Source: a virus
Taxonomy: Duplodnaviria > Caudoviricetes
IMG/VR virus record: IMGVR_UViG_3300025848_000153
Span: 1 to 28,179 of that record
DNA length: 28,179 bases
Reading direction: 5' to 3' (one strand)
This document shows positions 25,556 to 28,179 of this stretch, piece by piece. Each line of letters begins with the position of its first letter. Position 1 is the stretch's first letter. The position numbers and the translations under genes are program-made. The notes under the pieces were generated by a model. That model was not told the DNA's origin, searched no databases, and saw nothing but the letters and a program-made list of their open reading frames with translations.

Positions 25556-25969
25556 ATGTCGCAAATAATAGGCTACTGGATCAAGGGCGACATTGGCCGC
25601 CCGCCGCGATTTGTCCCTGCGCCCGTCGGCGTCTCCAAAGACCGCGACGACTTTGCGGAAAGAGCTTCCGCAATCGAAAATAAAATCAAGATTTGCGAGG
25701 CGCACATAAACAATGGTCGCGCGAAGCGCGGGAAATTGCCTCCGTCTAATCTTGTCCGGCTGATCTCTGAACAGGAGGCTCTCAGAGCCCAAATAACCGC
25801 CGACGATATTATGTCCAAACGTCGGTTTAAGCAGATTCAGCAACCTCGCTGGCGGGTTTGGCGACGGCTCAGAGGCTACGGCTACAGCCTGCCCGGCATA
25901 GCGGCGGCTTTCAACATGGACCACACGAGTATTTTGCACGGCATTAAAAGCCTGGGAGATCAGCCGTGA
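25556..25969 (+). CDS. protein with DnaA C-terminal-like HTH
   Basis: YSLPGIAAAFNMDHTSILHGIK resembles the DnaA domain IV signature. Confidence 0.7.
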   Translation: MSQIIGYWIKGDIGRPPRFVPAPVGVSKDRDDFAERASAIENKIKICEAHINNGRAKRGKLPPSNLVRLISEQEALRAQITADDIMSKRRFKQIQQPRWRVWRRLRGYGYSLPGIAAAFNMDHTSILHGIKSLGDQP

Positions 25970-26124
25970 CTGTCACCACGCGAGAATATCTACCGCGCGC
26001 TGAATGCAAGGACATTCTTTCCCGGCGCTTGGAGAATTTGAAAAAGCTCAACGCGAGGCGGGACCAGCTCGAATCCGTGGTGCGGGAATTGAAACAAGTC
26101 ATGGAGGAACGCGATGCTGGGTAA
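25966..26124 (+). CDS. 52-aa coiled-coil protein (missing from the ORF track)
   Basis: MTVTTREYL...LENLKKLNARRDQLESVVRELKQVMEERDAG; GGAG RBS; GTGA coupling. Confidence 0.6.
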   Translation: MTVTTREYLPRAECKDILSRRLENLKKLNARRDQLESVVRELKQVMEERDAG

Positions 26125-26434
26125 TCTCAACGCGCTAGACCTGTTTGACATTGCCGCCGCCCGCGCCCGCAACGGCGACCCGTCCACATCGCACAAGGCC
26201 GCTCTCTCTGTTCGCAATCTAAGCGGGACCATGCTGCGGATTCTCAAGGTGCTGGAAGTCCACGGGCCGCGCACGGACGACGAAATCCACACGTTAGGCG
26301 CATTCAAGGATACGCCGCAAAGCATCCGATCCCGCCGCGCCGAATTGGTCAGGATGGGTAAGGTTGCTGACACCGGATTGACGCAGAAAAACGAGCGCGG
26401 GCGTGAATGCGCGATCTGGGCTGCGGTGAAATGA
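26114..26434 (+). CDS. winged-helix-like phage protein
   Basis: ARNGDPSTSHKAA, GPRTDDEI, RSRRAELVRMG.V.DTG motifs. Confidence 0.75.
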   Translation: MLGNLNALDLFDIAAARARNGDPSTSHKAALSVRNLSGTMLRILKVLEVHGPRTDDEIHTLGAFKDTPQSIRSRRAELVRMGKVADTGLTQKNERGRECAIWAAVK

Positions 26435-26799
26435 AAGAATCCACCTTCCAGATCAACCTTGTTCACGCTCTCCGCAATGCGCTCCCGCCTGATTGCGCCT
26501 GGTCAGCATTTCCGGCTGGCGGCGGCGGGCCTGTACGCGGCGCGATGCTCAAGCGCATGGGGCTCGAAAGCGGCTGGCCCGACATCATCCTTGTCTATCG
26601 CGGCTGCGCCTACGGCATGGAGCTAAAGACGAAGAATGGTCGCGTCTCAGAAGCCCAGCTACAGGCGCACGAACGCCTCGCTGTGGCGGGCATGGATGTC
26701 AGGGTAGTTCGTTCAATAGACGAAGCCTTTGAGGCTCTAGACGAGTTTCGCATTCCGCTTCGGATTGTCGGAGAGTGGAAGCCAAGGAGGGCCGCATGA
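26431..26799 (+). CDS. VRR-NUC domain nuclease / junction resolvase-like
   Basis: E..FQ, G..SGWPDI, ELKT..GRVSEAQ, VVRS.DE motifs. Confidence 0.88.
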   Translation: MKESTFQINLVHALRNALPPDCAWSAFPAGGGGPVRGAMLKRMGLESGWPDIILVYRGCAYGMELKTKNGRVSEAQLQAHERLAVAGMDVRVVRSIDEAFEALDEFRIPLRIVGEWKPRRAA

Positions 26800-27020
26800 C
26801 GCGCAGGCACACCGAAACGATTCAGCTAAAAGGCCCCTTCAAAGGCTCTTTATACGCCCATGTGGAATATTCCTCAGAGGGCAAGCCGGTAGATTTCTCA
26901 CTATCCGTAAATCGGATTGCGGATTCCGAATTGGGAAAATGGTTCCAAGACGAGCTTGGACCGTTTCTCAACGGCATAATCCGCAAACGCGGCCCATCTT
27001 ACGAGCAGGTGAAGCGGTGA
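26796..27020 (+). CDS. hypothetical protein
   Basis: RBS AAGGAGG; ATGA-coupled. Confidence 0.6.
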   Translation: MTRRHTETIQLKGPFKGSLYAHVEYSSEGKPVDFSLSVNRIADSELGKWFQDELGPFLNGIIRKRGPSYEQVKR

Positions 27021-27142
27021 TGCGCGAAGAAATCCTAGCCGATGGTATCAGGCTTATCTGCGGGGATTGCAGAGAGGTATTGCCGACGGATTTCTTCATA
27101 GAAAAGCCAAAGCCCGCCAAGCAGGAGGCGATGGAACTATGA
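27020..27142 (+). pseudogene. internally deleted DNA methyltransferase remnant
   Basis: MREEILADGIRLICGDCREVLPT (typical MTase start) fused to DFFIEKPKPAKQEAMEL (typical MTase tail); no DPPY or FxGxG motif. Confidence 0.7.
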
Positions 27143-27234
27143 TGCCCCAAGCCGCAGCCCTCACGATCTACGCCTTCGGCTTCATAACGGGGGCAATCTT
27201 TGTCACGGCACTATTCTGGCAGGCGGGGGAGTGA
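27139..27234 (+). CDS. 31-aa single-TM micro-ORF
   Basis: MMPQAAALTIYAFGFITGAIFVTALFWQAGE; ATGA-coupled; abuts the rep start. Confidence 0.5.
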   Translation: MMPQAAALTIYAFGFITGAIFVTALFWQAGE

Positions 27235-27999
27235 ATGGATTGGGTTCGCCTCTACCACGACACGCCAACCGATCCTAAATGGCGCGTAATTGCCCGTCGC
27301 TCAGGTCAGCGAATTGGCGATGTGCTGGCGGTGTGGGTTTTCGTTCTCTGCAATGCGTCATGTAACACGATGAAACGCGGTGTAACGCACAATCTTGTTT
27401 CAGATGACATAGCTGCCGCTTTCGATATGGAACCGGAATCCGTAACGGCAATTCTGGATGCTATGGAAGGTAAAGTCATAAAAAACGGTGTACTTACCGG
27501 ATGGGAAAATCGCAATCCAAAACGGGAGGATAGCTCAACTGAGCGCGTCCGCAAGTTTCGTGAAACGCACTGTAACGCAGTGAAACGCACGGAAACGCTA
27601 GATAAGATTAGAGAAGATAAGAAAGAAGAAGATTCTTTGTCCGATAAATCGGACCCGCCAAAACCTAAACGTGCCCGGAAGGAATATTCCGAAACCTTCG
27701 AAGCCTTCTGGAAAGCGTACCCGACCGACAAAATCATGTCGAAATCTGAAGCGTTCAAATCCTGGAACAAGCTCCCGCCCGAGGGCCAAGCCCAAGCCGT
27801 TGCTGCAATTCCAGCGTTCAAAGCCTGGATTAAAACCCAGCGCGATTATCGAACACTCCACGCCTGCCGGTTCCTCAGCCAAGGCCGCTTTCAAGGGTTT
27901 CAGCCAGAACCCTCATTGTCGCCAGAGGAAATCCAAGCCCGCAGGGATAAGGCTGATCGTTTGTTAAATCGGGGCAAATATGCGGAGGTGGCGGCATGA
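27235..27999 (+). CDS. phage replication initiator protein
   Basis: MDWVRLYHD...DPKW, GWENRNPKRED.STERVRKFR, FEAFWKAYP...K..AFKSW motifs; internal iterons. Confidence 0.85.
   Translation: MDWVRLYHDTPTDPKWRVIARRSGQRIGDVLAVWVFVLCNASCNTMKRGVTHNLVSDDIAAAFDMEPESVTAILDAMEGKVIKNGVLTGWENRNPKREDSSTERVRKFRETHCNAVKRTETLDKIREDKKEEDSLSDKSDPPKPKRARKEYSETFEAFWKAYPTDKIMSKSEAFKSWNKLPPEGQAQAVAAIPAFKAWIKTQRDYRTLHACRFLSQGRFQGFQPEPSLSPEEIQARRDKADRLLNRGKYAEVAA
27361..27630 (+). repeat. iterons / probable replication origin within the rep gene
   Basis: 10-bp-period TG(A/T)AACGCA units: 3 at 27361-27390 and 4 at 27561-27600, then a purine/A-rich tract. Confidence 0.7.
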
Positions 28000-28069
28000 G
28001 CCAGCGGCCCACGTTCAATTCTTCGGAAGCCAAGAATCACGCCGCCAAAAAACAAGAGAGGGCATAAAA

Positions 28070-28179
28070 TTGACCAGGGACCAGCTTAAAAACAGGGTCA
28101 GAGACGCTTTCATTGTCTGGAGCATGATGCCTGATCGGGAGCGTAAATATCTCAAGCCCAAGTGGGGGTTGTGGCCGGA
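28070..28179 (+). CDS. partial gene, DUF6362-like putative late regulator
   Basis: TTG start after GAGAGG; MTRDQLKNRVRDAF...MPD...WP; runs off the window. Confidence 0.45.
   Translation, partial: MTRDQLKNRVRDAFIVWSMMPDRERKYLKPKWGLWP

Noticed and set aside
24912-25683. Long + strand ORFs (24912-25568, 25255-25683) as cII
   Set aside because: No RBS or HTH, and they run through the hairpin cluster

Overview
28 kb of a temperate, long-tailed (siphovirus-type) phage, probably infecting an alphaproteobacterium. The host is inferred from the tRNA-Val(CAC) att core and the gene families. Left to right: head/neck accessory genes, head-tail joining and tail genes (with a -1 frameshift chaperone), tape measure, tail tip, lysis cassette, and an accessory region (metallophosphoesterase, SprT-like, DUF6378-like, DNA methyltransferase). 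Next comes an intact attP flanked by two HNH genes, then integrase/excisionase, an ERF recombination module, a cI/cro switch with duplicated operators, and replication genes with iterons. The most unusual element is an ~800 bp cassette (17270-18071) bounded by 12-bp inverted repeats. In it, one palindromic -35 box appears to drive a ~105-nt tRNA-shaped RNA leftward and a leaderless, apparently catalytically dead serine-recombinase-fold protein rightward. Also notable are a second, relic tRNA-type att site, a (NNGCC)14 array, a cluster of hairpins with C-rich loops, and a DNA methyltransferase reduced to its two ends. All calls come from reading motifs by eye; no database searches were run.
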